Assembly (NCBI GenBank): GCA_000996025.1
Contig: LBYF01000004.1
Location: 1-51,276, forward strand
Source: Parcubacteria group bacterium GW2011_GWA2_40_14
Lineage (GTDB): Bacteria > Patescibacteriota > Minisyncoccia > Phycocordibacterales > DATDWN01
DNA length: 51,276 nucleotides
Direction of reading: 5' to 3'
Part shown: positions 37,714-46,345 of the stretch, one piece after another
Layout of the letters: every line of letters begins with the position of its first letter
Position numbering within the stretch: the stretch's first letter is position 1
Made by a program: the position numbers and the translations under genes
The notes under the pieces: generated by a model
The model's database searches: none
Told to the model about the DNA's origin: nothing
What the model saw: the letters and a program-made list of their open reading frames with translations, nothing else

Positions 37714-38519
37714 GAGTGAAGAAAACCCAGAAGATTAAACTGACGGACATCAAGCCGAACTTGTTTGTCCGTCAGGAACTGGATACCGACCATGTCATCT
37801 ATCTCGCTCAACTGATTGAGGGCGGAACAGAGATGAGGGACCGAATCAAGGTCACGGAAGATTTGATCATTGTCGACGGTCGTCATCGCAAGGAAGCTTT
37901 TGACCTTGTCGGCACAAAGGAAATTGAAGTTGATGTTGTTCATAACATGGACGAGGTCACTCTGATTTCCGAGGCCTACAAAGCCAATACCGGTGGCTCC
38001 AAACCGCCCACTCCAGCCGACACTGAACATACCGTCATGCTCTTGCTTCAGCGTAGTCAGGGTATGAAGCTTATCGGAGAACTTCTTGCCTTGCCGACCA
38101 GTATGGCCCGCAAATATGTCAACGAAGTGAAGTCGCGAATGAATCGCGCTCAGCTTCAGCGGGCCACGGAGGCTGTGACTGAGGGTGGACTGAACATCAA
38201 ACAAGCTGCCGAGCAGTACCAAGTGGATGCGGAGAAATTGAAGGAAGTTCTTTCTGGACACAAACGTAAGACCAAAAACGGTGTTGCCGAAGTTCAGAAG
38301 CATCTCTCCAGGTTTTACAACAGCATCGGGACAAAGAATGCTCGCATGATCAGGTCTCTCATCGAGAAGTTTCAGGACGGCGACGTGACTGAAAAACAAA
38401 TGAAGGAGCTTTTCGCGCACATCGAACGTCTGCAGAAAAAGTCTGCGCGGGTCACCGCCGACTGGAAGAGTCGTTTTGAAGCGGTAACAACCAAGTCCAA
38501 GGATTCTCCCGCCGCCTAG
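37710..38519 (+). CDS. ParB/Srx N-terminal domain protein with HTH and helical C-terminus
   Basis: IKLTDIKPN...RQEL...IIVDGRHRKEA ParB-N motif. Confidence 0.8.
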   Translation: MRVKKTQKIKLTDIKPNLFVRQELDTDHVIYLAQLIEGGTEMRDRIKVTEDLIIVDGRHRKEAFDLVGTKEIEVDVVHNMDEVTLISEAYKANTGGSKPPTPADTEHTVMLLLQRSQGMKLIGELLALPTSMARKYVNEVKSRMNRAQLQRATEAVTEGGLNIKQAAEQYQVDAEKLKEVLSGHKRKTKNGVAEVQKHLSRFYNSIGTKNARMIRSLIEKFQDGDVTEKQMKELFAHIERLQKKSARVTADWKSRFEAVTTKSKDSPAA

Positions 38520-38528
38520 TTCTGTCTC

Positions 38529-38565
38529 AAACCCCTATCGCAGGAAGCGATAGGGGTTTCTTTTT
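38529..38565 (+). terminator. Intrinsic terminator
   Basis: aaacccctatcgc-aggaa-gcgataggggttt + T-tract. Confidence 0.85.
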
Positions 38566-38596
38566 ATATTTTCTTAAAAAATTTTGATATACTATA

Positions 38597-38875
38597 TTGG
38601 TGAAAAAAATAGACACTGTTTCAAAAAATCAGCAGGAAATTGTCATTTATAAAAGCGGGCGGGGGAATGTAACGCTTCGGGCTGATATAAGTAAAGATAC
38701 GATTTGGGCAACACTTAATCAGATTGCCGAGCTTTTTGGTGTTCAAAAAGCGGCTGTTTCCAAGCATATAAGTAACATATTTGACTCTGGAGAACTAGCT
38801 AAAAAAGCAACTGTTTCCATTTTAGAAACAGTTCAAAAAGAAGGAAACAGAGAGGTTTTACGTAAAATCAGATAG
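38597..38875 (+). pseudogene. Truncated RhuM/Fic-associated DNA-binding protein
   Basis: EIVIY..G...DTIWAT..QIAELFGV...VSKHI.NIF..GEL....TV...ETVQ.EG.REV.R; stops just before the usual YYNLDAIISVGYRVNS. Confidence 0.75.
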
Positions 38876-39194
38876 GATATTTAAAAAGAATTATTGTGCT
38901 TAGAAAAAGTAAAAATGAATATGAGACGATGATTAATCCAGTAATCTTACAAAGAAAATTTCCATTTTTATATTTAGAGAGATGTTATAGTATAAAAGGG
39001 TTAATATATTGTTAAAAGATATTTGTGGGTTATGGTGAGATATCAAAATTTGGATGGTGTTTGGCAGACGAGAATTTTGAGAGGACTGAGCGGAATATAT
39101 CATGAAATTGACCATATTAACGGCATTACAGTTTCGAAAATTGGATTTCGTATTTTATAGTTTTTTACTATTTTTGCATAATAATAATTTTCTC

Positions 39195-39234
39195 CATACA
39201 TTTAACAAACGCTATAGCGTTTGTTAAGTGTATG
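39195..39234. repeat. 40 bp palindrome F1 (1 mismatch), 30 bp downstream of the PaaX/Cas2-like gene
   Basis: catacatttaacaaacgcta|tagcgtttgttaagtgtatg. Confidence 0.95.
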
Positions 39235-39264
39235 AAGAAATATACGTAAATTGTTAAATAAAAG

Positions 39265-39840
39265 TTAGTTATCTAACAATAGATTGAAGTATTTTTTGTA
39301 ACTTTTATCATATTCAATGGAATCAACAATTAAATATAAAAGATCTTTGCCGATTTTAAAATCAGCCTTTAGTAGAGTCACAAAGTCTTCACAGTCGTAA
39401 GGATATATCCACACGCTGTCTTGAATTCGAAGGAAGCCGATATGTAATAGGGTGTGACGGACTTTATCCCGAAGTGATTTTCTGGTTTCTGGTATGTCAA
39501 ATATAAGCATGCGCCATTTACCATCCCATTTTTTTGGCTTATCTATTTTCCAATCTTTTAGTTCTAGAGATTCTAGTACAGTTTGCCCTTTATCTGTTAG
39601 TTTAACAAATTTACCATCATATTTTAGCAACCCATCTTTGACCAACCTATCTCTGGACCGAGCCATGATTTCCTTTTGCCTTTTTCCTGGAGTAATTCCA
39701 AACGATTTTAGATATTGAAGTGAATTTGGTGCTACCATAGCAAGAGTTAAAAAACCACCTATCTTAACAGCAGTGAGTACGGCTTTTCGTATGTCATTTT
39801 TCGATTTTCTTTTACGGTATCTTTCTTCGATTGTTCCCAT
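39265..39840 (-). CDS. wHTH + PaaX-central/Cas2-like domain protein
   Basis: RL...GLL....VKLTDKG wing, then WDGKWRMLIFDIPE..R..LRDK.R..L...GF..IQDSVW. Confidence 0.85.
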   Translation of the reverse strand: MGTIEERYRKRKSKNDIRKAVLTAVKIGGFLTLAMVAPNSLQYLKSFGITPGKRQKEIMARSRDRLVKDGLLKYDGKFVKLTDKGQTVLESLELKDWKIDKPKKWDGKWRMLIFDIPETRKSLRDKVRHTLLHIGFLRIQDSVWIYPYDCEDFVTLLKADFKIGKDLLYLIVDSIEYDKSYKKYFNLLLDN

Positions 39841-39888
39841 ATATTTTAGAGATATTTTGGATAATTATTTCTTCAAACACATTTTATC

Positions 39889-39930
39889 ACATACACTTAT
39901 AATACGCTATAGCGTATTATAAGTGTATGT
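39889..39930. repeat. 42 bp perfect palindrome F1, upstream of the PaaX/Cas2-like gene
   Basis: acatacacttataatacgcta|tagcgtattataagtgtatgt; abuts a minus-strand TGaTAAAAT -10. Confidence 0.95.
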
Positions 39931-40079
39931 CTATATGTATATTAAATATGTGAATTGTTTCTATTTTGGAACAAGTTTAGTTAGTGCAATATCTTTGCAT
40001 ACTGAAGCTGAATGAGCAATGTGCAAAAAATGCACATTGCTCATGTTTTGATATACTAATGAGAACTTTAATTTATATT

Positions 40080-42347
40080 ATGTATCTTAAATCTATTGAA
40101 CTAACTGGGTTTAAATCTTTTGCCAAGAAGAGCGAGTTGACTTTTTCGTCGCCGATTTCGGCTATTGTCGGGCCGAATGGTTCGGGCAAGAGTAATATTG
40201 CCGAAGCTTTTAGTTTTGTTTTAGGTGAGCAATCCATTAAGTCATTGCGGGGTAAAAAAGGTGAGGATTTGATTTGGAATGGTTCGACTGACTCACCACG
40301 AGCGGGGAGGGCTTCAGTTAAAGTTGTTTTTGACAACAGTACATATTTTCTTCCGTTGGATTATGAAACAGTTACAGTGGAGCGGGTAGTGCATCGCGAT
40401 TCTGTAAACGAGTACATAATAAACAGCTCGCAAGTGCGGCTGCGAGATGTGGTGGAACTTTTGGCCAGCGCCCATATTGGCTCATCCGGACACCATATTA
40501 TTTCACAAGGCGAAGCGGATAGGATTCTGAACTCTAGTGGGAAAGAGCGCAAGAGCATGATAGAGGACGCATTAGGATTGAAAATGTATCAATATAAAAA
40601 GCAGGAGAGTGAAAGGAAATTAGAAAAGACTCGGGAAAATATTGTACAGGTAGAATCTTTGCGACGAGAAATCTCGCCTCATATAAAATTTTTGAAAAAA
40701 CAAGTTGAGAAAGTTGAGAAATCTTTGCAAATGAAACAAGAGCTGGAAGCCAAAGCTCTGGAGTATTGCAATCGTGAAGACAAATATGTCAAACGGACAG
40801 AAGAAAGACTAACAAGAGAAAAAAATCCGCTTATACAAAAAGAAAGAGAATTACATTACGAGTTGGAAAAAGCAAAAGCAGTTTTGGAAATGGCAAAACA
40901 CAAGGACGAAAAGAGTTCCAAACTGATTGAACTTGAAAAAAGCTTACATGAATTGCGGGATGAAAAAGATAATCTGTTTCGCGAAGCTGGGCGTTTGGAC
41001 GGAGAAATTACGGCGTTTGTGAGGATGGTTAAAAAGCAGGAGGAAGTAGAGCATTTGGATGCTCATAAGACAGTAACACTTGCTTCAGTGGAAATATTAA
41101 GAGAGCAAATTACTGCTAAAATCCAATCCGCAAAGAATTTAGACGATATATCGTCTATTTTGAAAATCTTTGATGAAGTCACAGGGCTTCTTTCGGACTT
41201 TGTAGACAACAACAAAAACAAAATAGACAATTCTCTTATTGCCGATGTGCAAAAAGATATTGAAAACCTAAAATCGGAGAAAAAGAGAATTGAAAAGTCG
41301 CTCCAAGAAGTCAAGAGAAAAGAAGGGGAATTGTCGCATCAATACAGCCAATTAAAAAGCGCAATTGAAAAAGAAAAAGATTCAAATCGAGATGCAGAGA
41401 AAGCTGTTTTTCGGATAATGGCAGAATCGCAAGAGGTGCGGTCAGGGTTGCAAATAATTAGGAGAGAAGAAGAAACATTGCATCTGGTCCGAGAGGATTT
41501 CAAAAGAGAACTTTCGGAGCTTGGTATGATGCTCGGAGCTCATTTTTTGCAGTTTAATAATTTGTCGTTTGATTATGATGAACCACGTATTAACCAGGAG
41601 GAGCGTCGGCGGGCAATAGAGAAAATAAAAATCCGTTTGGAAGAGGTCGGCGGAGCAGGTGGAGCTGATGTTTTGAAAGAATACACAGAGGCAAGCGAGA
41701 GAGATACCTTTTTAGAAAAAGAGCTGGCAGATTTGGAACAATCGGCAAATTCTTTGACAGAACTTATTCTAGATTTGGATACGCGACTTTCTACAGAATT
41801 TAAATTGGGAATAGAAAAAATCAACACTCAATTCAAAGAATTTTTTGCACTTATGTTTGGTGGTGGCGAGGCAAAATTGTCTGTTACAGTACCAGTAAAG
41901 CGAAAGAAAAAAGATACAGACGATTTATTTGAAAAATCAGAAGATGAAATTGAGGAGGAGCTTGCCCTGCGTAATCTTGATGAAGCAGGGGAGGAAGGGA
42001 TTGATATTGAGGTTAATTTGCCCAAGAAAAAGGTTAAAGGGCTTATGATGCTCTCTGGTGGTGAAAGAGCTCTTACATCAATCGCCCTTCTTTTTGCTCT
42101 GTCTCAAGTCAATCCGCCACCTTTTATTATTTTGGATGAAACAGACGCCGCTTTGGATGAAGCCAATTCTAAAAAATACGCTGACATGGTGGAAAATCTC
42201 TCAAAATTTTCACAGCTCATCGTTATCACTCACAATCGCGAAACAATGTCTCGCGCTGGTATTCTCTACGGTGTGACAATGGGTATGGGTGGTGGCTCAA
42301 AACTTCTCTCGGTTTCTTTTGATACTGCAGTAGCTGTTGCAAAATAA
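40080..42347 (+). CDS. smc: Short SMC-family chromosome segregation ATPase (755 aa)
   Basis: YLKSIELTGFKSF, GPNGSGKSN, coiled coils, LSGGE, LDETDAALDEAN, ITH. Confidence 0.9.
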   Translation: MYLKSIELTGFKSFAKKSELTFSSPISAIVGPNGSGKSNIAEAFSFVLGEQSIKSLRGKKGEDLIWNGSTDSPRAGRASVKVVFDNSTYFLPLDYETVTVERVVHRDSVNEYIINSSQVRLRDVVELLASAHIGSSGHHIISQGEADRILNSSGKERKSMIEDALGLKMYQYKKQESERKLEKTRENIVQVESLRREISPHIKFLKKQVEKVEKSLQMKQELEAKALEYCNREDKYVKRTEERLTREKNPLIQKERELHYELEKAKAVLEMAKHKDEKSSKLIELEKSLHELRDEKDNLFREAGRLDGEITAFVRMVKKQEEVEHLDAHKTVTLASVEILREQITAKIQSAKNLDDISSILKIFDEVTGLLSDFVDNNKNKIDNSLIADVQKDIENLKSEKKRIEKSLQEVKRKEGELSHQYSQLKSAIEKEKDSNRDAEKAVFRIMAESQEVRSGLQIIRREEETLHLVREDFKRELSELGMMLGAHFLQFNNLSFDYDEPRINQEERRRAIEKIKIRLEEVGGAGGADVLKEYTEASERDTFLEKELADLEQSANSLTELILDLDTRLSTEFKLGIEKINTQFKEFFALMFGGGEAKLSVTVPVKRKKKDTDDLFEKSEDEIEEELALRNLDEAGEEGIDIEVNLPKKKVKGLMMLSGGERALTSIALLFALSQVNPPPFIILDETDAALDEANSKKYADMVENLSKFSQLIVITHNRETMSRAGILYGVTMGMGGGSKLLSVSFDTAVAVAK

Positions 42348-42374
42348 CAGGTGATGGTGTAGCAATAAACACTC

Positions 42375-42399
42375 TTCCCCTAGGTTACACCTAGGGGAA
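42375..42399. terminator. Hairpin between convergent smc and rnr
   Basis: ttcccctaggt-tac-acctaggggaa. Confidence 0.55.
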
Positions 42400-42405
42400 A
42401 TTCTT

Positions 42406-44358
42406 TTATACCAACGCGTAATCCAAAACTCGTTTTTCTAAATCTGCTGAAACAACTTTAAATCGGACGGTGTCGCCAAGGGTGAATTTCTTTCCAGTTT
42501 TTTCGCCCTTGATTGTGTAGTTTTTCTCATCCAATGTGTAGAAATCATTTCCGAGGTCGCGTAGTTTTATCATACCCTCGCATTTTGTTTCTTTTTCTTC
42601 TATATAGATACCCCATTCAACCACGCCGGTTATTGTTCCATCAAACTCTTTACCAATGTGGTCTTGCATGTATTCAACCTGTTTGTACTTTATGGACGCC
42701 CGTTCTGCATCAGAGGCTTTTTTCTCCAGCTCGGACGATGCCAGGCAAATCCGTTCAAACTTTTCGTATTCGTTCTGTTCTATTTTTCCGCCTTTTAATT
42801 CTCGTTCAAGAAAACGATGTACGATGAGGTCTGGATATCTGCGAATAGGGGAGGTGAAGTGTGTGTAATATGTAAAGGCCAATCCGAAATGACCGATATT
42901 TTTTGTTGAATAGGCTGCCTTTGCCATACTACGGATTGTGGCTGTTTTTATAAGCTCCTCGTTTGGAGTTCCTTCAACTTCCTTTAAGAGTGTATTGATG
43001 TCTTTTGACATGACAGCACCTTCTTTGTTTTTCAAATTAAAACCAAGGGCCTTTAGAAATGTTACAAGATTTTCTATCCGCTCTTTGTCAGGTTTTGCAT
43101 GGATACGGTACACAGATTGCTTTCCTTTTCCCATCAAATTTTTATTTTGTGACATGAAAATAAATTTGGCCACAGCACGGTTGGCAAGGAGCATGAATTC
43201 TTCCACCAGTTTGTGTGTATCTAGACGGCTTTTTTTGTACACTCGTAAGGGTTTACCAGCACTATCTAATTCAAATTTTACTTCGTCTTTTTCAAAATTG
43301 ACTGCGCCGTTTATTGAGTTTGCTTTCTGTAGTTTTTTGGCAATCTCATTTAGTTTTAGCAGTTCTATTTTGTGAGGACCTGTCTGTTTTCCGATTATCA
43401 CATCATTTGCCTCTTCGTATGTAAATCGTTTATCGGAATGTATAACAGTACGACCAAACCACTCATCCAAAACTTTTCCTTGATTATCCATTTTGAAAAC
43501 TGCAGAAAATGTAAATTTATCTTCGTTTGCGTTCAGGGAACACAGGTCGTTTGAAAGAATCTCTGGCAACATCGGTATAGTACGGTCCACTAGGTAAACC
43601 GAAAGTCCGCGTTTCTCCGACTCATGGTCAAGTGGAGTGTTTGGTGTGACAAAGTATGACACGTCGGCAATGTGTACACCTATTTCAAATGTATTGTTTC
43701 CAAGGTCTACAAAAGAAATAGCATCGTCAAAATCTTTTGCATCAAACGGGTCTATTGTCATGGTTGTGACATTTCTCATGTCCCTACGCTTTGCAATTTC
43801 TGTCGTAGCTGTCGCCTTATAAGCTCCGCGAATTTTCTCCGCTTCACGTTCCACTTCGGCAGGGAATTCAATTCTGAAGCCCTTTTCCAAGACAATAGCT
43901 TCCATTTCGGTATTATTCTCGCCCGCTTTGCCTATGACCTTTATCACTTCGCCTTCCAGCGTGTCCCATTTTTTTATTTTAACGAGCACCTTATCATCTT
44001 CAGAGACTTCGCCAACACTCTGGTGTATGGCGGAAAGAAAAATATCCACATATAGCCGCTTATCGTCTGGCACCACAAAAACTTTTTCCTCACCTGTGTC
44101 AAGGACAGTCCTTGACACAGTGCCGACAAACTCATCGCGGGCGCGAGTGATTATTTTTATCACTTTGCCTTGCTCACGGTTTTTAATTTTCTCCCCGGTC
44201 AGTTCAATCTCCACAATGTCACCGTGAAAAGCTCGATTGATATTTTCTGGCTGTATTTCAACTGAATTCTCCCTGTCTTTTTTTTCCGGCTCTCTATCAA
44301 AAAAACCAACACCTTTTGTGTTGATGCTTATTGGACCAATAAAAACCTCTTTATTCAT
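42406..44358 (-). CDS. rnr: Ribonuclease R (RNB + S1, no N-terminal HTH)
   Basis: TIDPFDAKDFDDA, HIADVS, EEFMLLAN, HFTSPIRRYPDL, S1 domain. Confidence 0.95.
   Translation of the reverse strand: MNKEVFIGPISINTKGVGFFDREPEKKDRENSVEIQPENINRAFHGDIVEIELTGEKIKNREQGKVIKIITRARDEFVGTVSRTVLDTGEEKVFVVPDDKRLYVDIFLSAIHQSVGEVSEDDKVLVKIKKWDTLEGEVIKVIGKAGENNTEMEAIVLEKGFRIEFPAEVEREAEKIRGAYKATATTEIAKRRDMRNVTTMTIDPFDAKDFDDAISFVDLGNNTFEIGVHIADVSYFVTPNTPLDHESEKRGLSVYLVDRTIPMLPEILSNDLCSLNANEDKFTFSAVFKMDNQGKVLDEWFGRTVIHSDKRFTYEEANDVIIGKQTGPHKIELLKLNEIAKKLQKANSINGAVNFEKDEVKFELDSAGKPLRVYKKSRLDTHKLVEEFMLLANRAVAKFIFMSQNKNLMGKGKQSVYRIHAKPDKERIENLVTFLKALGFNLKNKEGAVMSKDINTLLKEVEGTPNEELIKTATIRSMAKAAYSTKNIGHFGLAFTYYTHFTSPIRRYPDLIVHRFLERELKGGKIEQNEYEKFERICLASSELEKKASDAERASIKYKQVEYMQDHIGKEFDGTITGVVEWGIYIEEKETKCEGMIKLRDLGNDFYTLDEKNYTIKGEKTGKKFTLGDTVRFKVVSADLEKRVLDYALV
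44094..44120. repeat. In-frame F6 palindrome inside rnr
   Basis: ctgtgtcaaggac-a-gtccttgacacag. Confidence 0.85.
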
Positions 44359-44604
44359 TTGATGATGAGTATAACAGATTATTGACCTTAATCCAATCTT
44401 TTGCTACTATCACAGAACCTCGAACAATAAATAATGAGTAAGTATAAACGGCAGAATTCTGAGGAAAAAATAGAGGATGAGACAGGAAGCCTAGTTCAAG
44501 CTAAGCTGAGTGGCGAAACTCTATTTTTTACCAGAATTCTGATGTTTAGACACTCAAGCGCATCTCATATTTATTACTAGCGTTTATTTTTGAGAGAGGT
44601 TCTT

Positions 44605-45012
44605 ATGTTAAAAATACGACTACAAAGAGTTGGTAGGAAGCACGAGCCGGCTTTTCGCTTGGTTTTGACTGATTCAAAAAACTCCACCAAAAGCGGAAAA
44701 TTTCTAGAAATTTTGGGTAACTATGATTCTCGCAGAGGAGAAAATGCCGCTTTTAAAGCAGACCGAATCACACACTGGATATCCAAAGGGGCTCAAGTTT
44801 CAGGAACAGTTCACAACCTGCTTGTTAGTAAAAAAATTATAGAAGGTAAAAAGATAAATGTTTTGCCTTTGAAAAAACCTATAATAAAAATTAAAGAAGA
44901 AGAAAAAGCACCAGAGGTAAAGGAAGAAAAAATAGAAGAAATTATAGAAGAAACGACCATTGAAACTCCTATAAATGAAGTTCAAACTGAAGTGGCAGAA
45001 CCCGTTGCCTAG
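44605..45012 (+). CDS. rpsP: 30S ribosomal protein S16 with acidic tail
   Basis: MLKIRLQRVGRKH.P.FR.V..DS....SGKFLEILG.Y, WISKGAQ.S.TV. Confidence 0.95.
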   Translation: MLKIRLQRVGRKHEPAFRLVLTDSKNSTKSGKFLEILGNYDSRRGENAAFKADRITHWISKGAQVSGTVHNLLVSKKIIEGKKINVLPLKKPIIKIKEEEKAPEVKEEKIEEIIEETTIETPINEVQTEVAEPVA

Positions 45013-45072
45013 TTTACCCCCGATTGTTATAATTATACTGTACGATTATAAATATTTAACCGATTGACCATT

Positions 45073-45387
45073 ATGGAAAATGATGTAAAATTTCTTGATT
45101 TTGTTATAAAAGCTTTGGTTGAAAATCCACAAGATGTAAAAATAAATCGCACTGTAGATGAGATGGGTGTGCTTATGACTTTGGATGTAAACTCGGCAGA
45201 TATGGGCAAGATTATTGGAAGGGAAGGCAACACGGCAAAGGCTATTCGCACACTTCTGCGTGTTGTCGGAATGAAAAACAACGCTCGAGTAAATCTGAAA
45301 ATCAACGAGCCAGCCGGAGGAATAAAGGAGACAAAAACAACTGCGACGAAGTCACTGGACGATGCCATGTCCGACCTGAAGTTATAA
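45073..45387 (+). CDS. khpA: KH-domain RNA-binding protein KhpA
   Basis: LVENPQDV, DMGKIIGREGNTAKAIRTLL; follows rpsP. Confidence 0.9.
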   Translation: MENDVKFLDFVIKALVENPQDVKINRTVDEMGVLMTLDVNSADMGKIIGREGNTAKAIRTLLRVVGMKNNARVNLKINEPAGGIKETKTTATKSLDDAMSDLKL

Positions 45388-45406
45388 TCCGCATCTTTGG
45401 GTAATT

Positions 45407-45488
45407 TCATCGTCTAAAATACAAAACCGCATCGTCACCGTACCCATGTACGCCTTCCGATGCGGTTTTGTATTTTATACGCGACCTT
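45407..45488 (+). repeat. 82 bp structured repeat, family F3
   Basis: Same ends as 7626-7707; stem acaaaaccgcatcg/cgatgcggttttgt. Confidence 0.85.
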
Positions 45489-45601
45489 ACCTCAAATCTG
45501 CGAATTCTAAACACCATATCAACTATCACGTTGACGCTTGACTTTTTGTGTAGAGTCCTATATGATTATATTCAGAAAATAGTTTTGAAAGGAGCTCAAT
45601 A

Positions 45602-46252
45602 ATGAGAAAACTTTTGTTGGCTACCAATCTTGCCTTATCGGCTTTTTTGGCGATATTGCTTTACGAAAATGCGCCAAAACCTGTTACAGAAATAACTATC
45701 GCAGAAGCTTCTGGAGAAAGTGTTAGAGACCTGCAAAAGGAATACAAGGAACTGAAAGCAGAGTCGGAAAGTGTACTTTTGAAAGCCCAAATACGACCAT
45801 CACAGCGTCCTTGTTTCGCATATGAGCAGTATCTTGAAATGACTTATTTGCGAGAACAATATATTCAGGTCAAGGGGCTTAGCGTTCCTGACGACCTGCC
45901 GATGGTCCTTGAAAATCTTGCCATATCCGCAGCGGAGCAAGTGTACGAAAAAATAAAAAAGGAAGAACTCCTTAATTGTGGCGGCAACGATAGCAATATC
46001 GTGGAAATGTCCGCGCGTATTATGGACGAATACCGGAAGGGTTTTATCCGAGAGGATGTCATTCGTGAGGCCTATCTGCGTGAAGTTAGGCGAGAGATCA
46101 AAGCGGTTTTGAACGCATTCAAGGAAGACCGCACGGAAGACACGCGAGAGTATGCCATGCTACTTATTGGCCACGCCGAGAATGTCTGGCAGTTTACACT
46201 GCTAGAACTTGGTGTTTCAAGGGCAGTGTACAAAGAGCTTTTCCTAGAGTAA
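45602..46252 (+). CDS. Hypothetical exported/membrane-anchored protein
   Basis: AAGGAG RBS, N-terminal hydrophobic helix, hairpin after stop. Confidence 0.65.
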   Translation: MRKLLLATNLALSAFLAILLYENAPKPVTEITIAEASGESVRDLQKEYKELKAESESVLLKAQIRPSQRPCFAYEQYLEMTYLREQYIQVKGLSVPDDLPMVLENLAISAAEQVYEKIKKEELLNCGGNDSNIVEMSARIMDEYRKGFIREDVIREAYLREVRREIKAVLNAFKEDRTEDTREYAMLLIGHAENVWQFTLLELGVSRAVYKELFLE

Positions 46253-46345
46253 CCATAGGCGGAAGCCGCCGGCAGGTGAGACAACAATCTCGTCTGCCGG
46301 TTTTCATTTTACTTAATTTAAATTTTGTTGTATTATACTTACGCA

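Noticed and set aside
37455-38420. 321 aa minus-strand ORF
   Set aside because: Antisense shadow of the ParB-like operon, with no motifs or RBS. The other antisense/overlapping ORFs in the track were rejected on the same grounds.
39195-39930. CRISPR-Cas locus suggested by the Cas2-like fold and repeats
   Set aside because: No repeat-spacer array, cas1 or other cas genes; the repeats are isolated palindromes.
44456-44545. Hammerhead ribozyme (CTGAGGA ... CGAAAC)
   Set aside because: Stems I-III cannot be assembled around the core in the required order.
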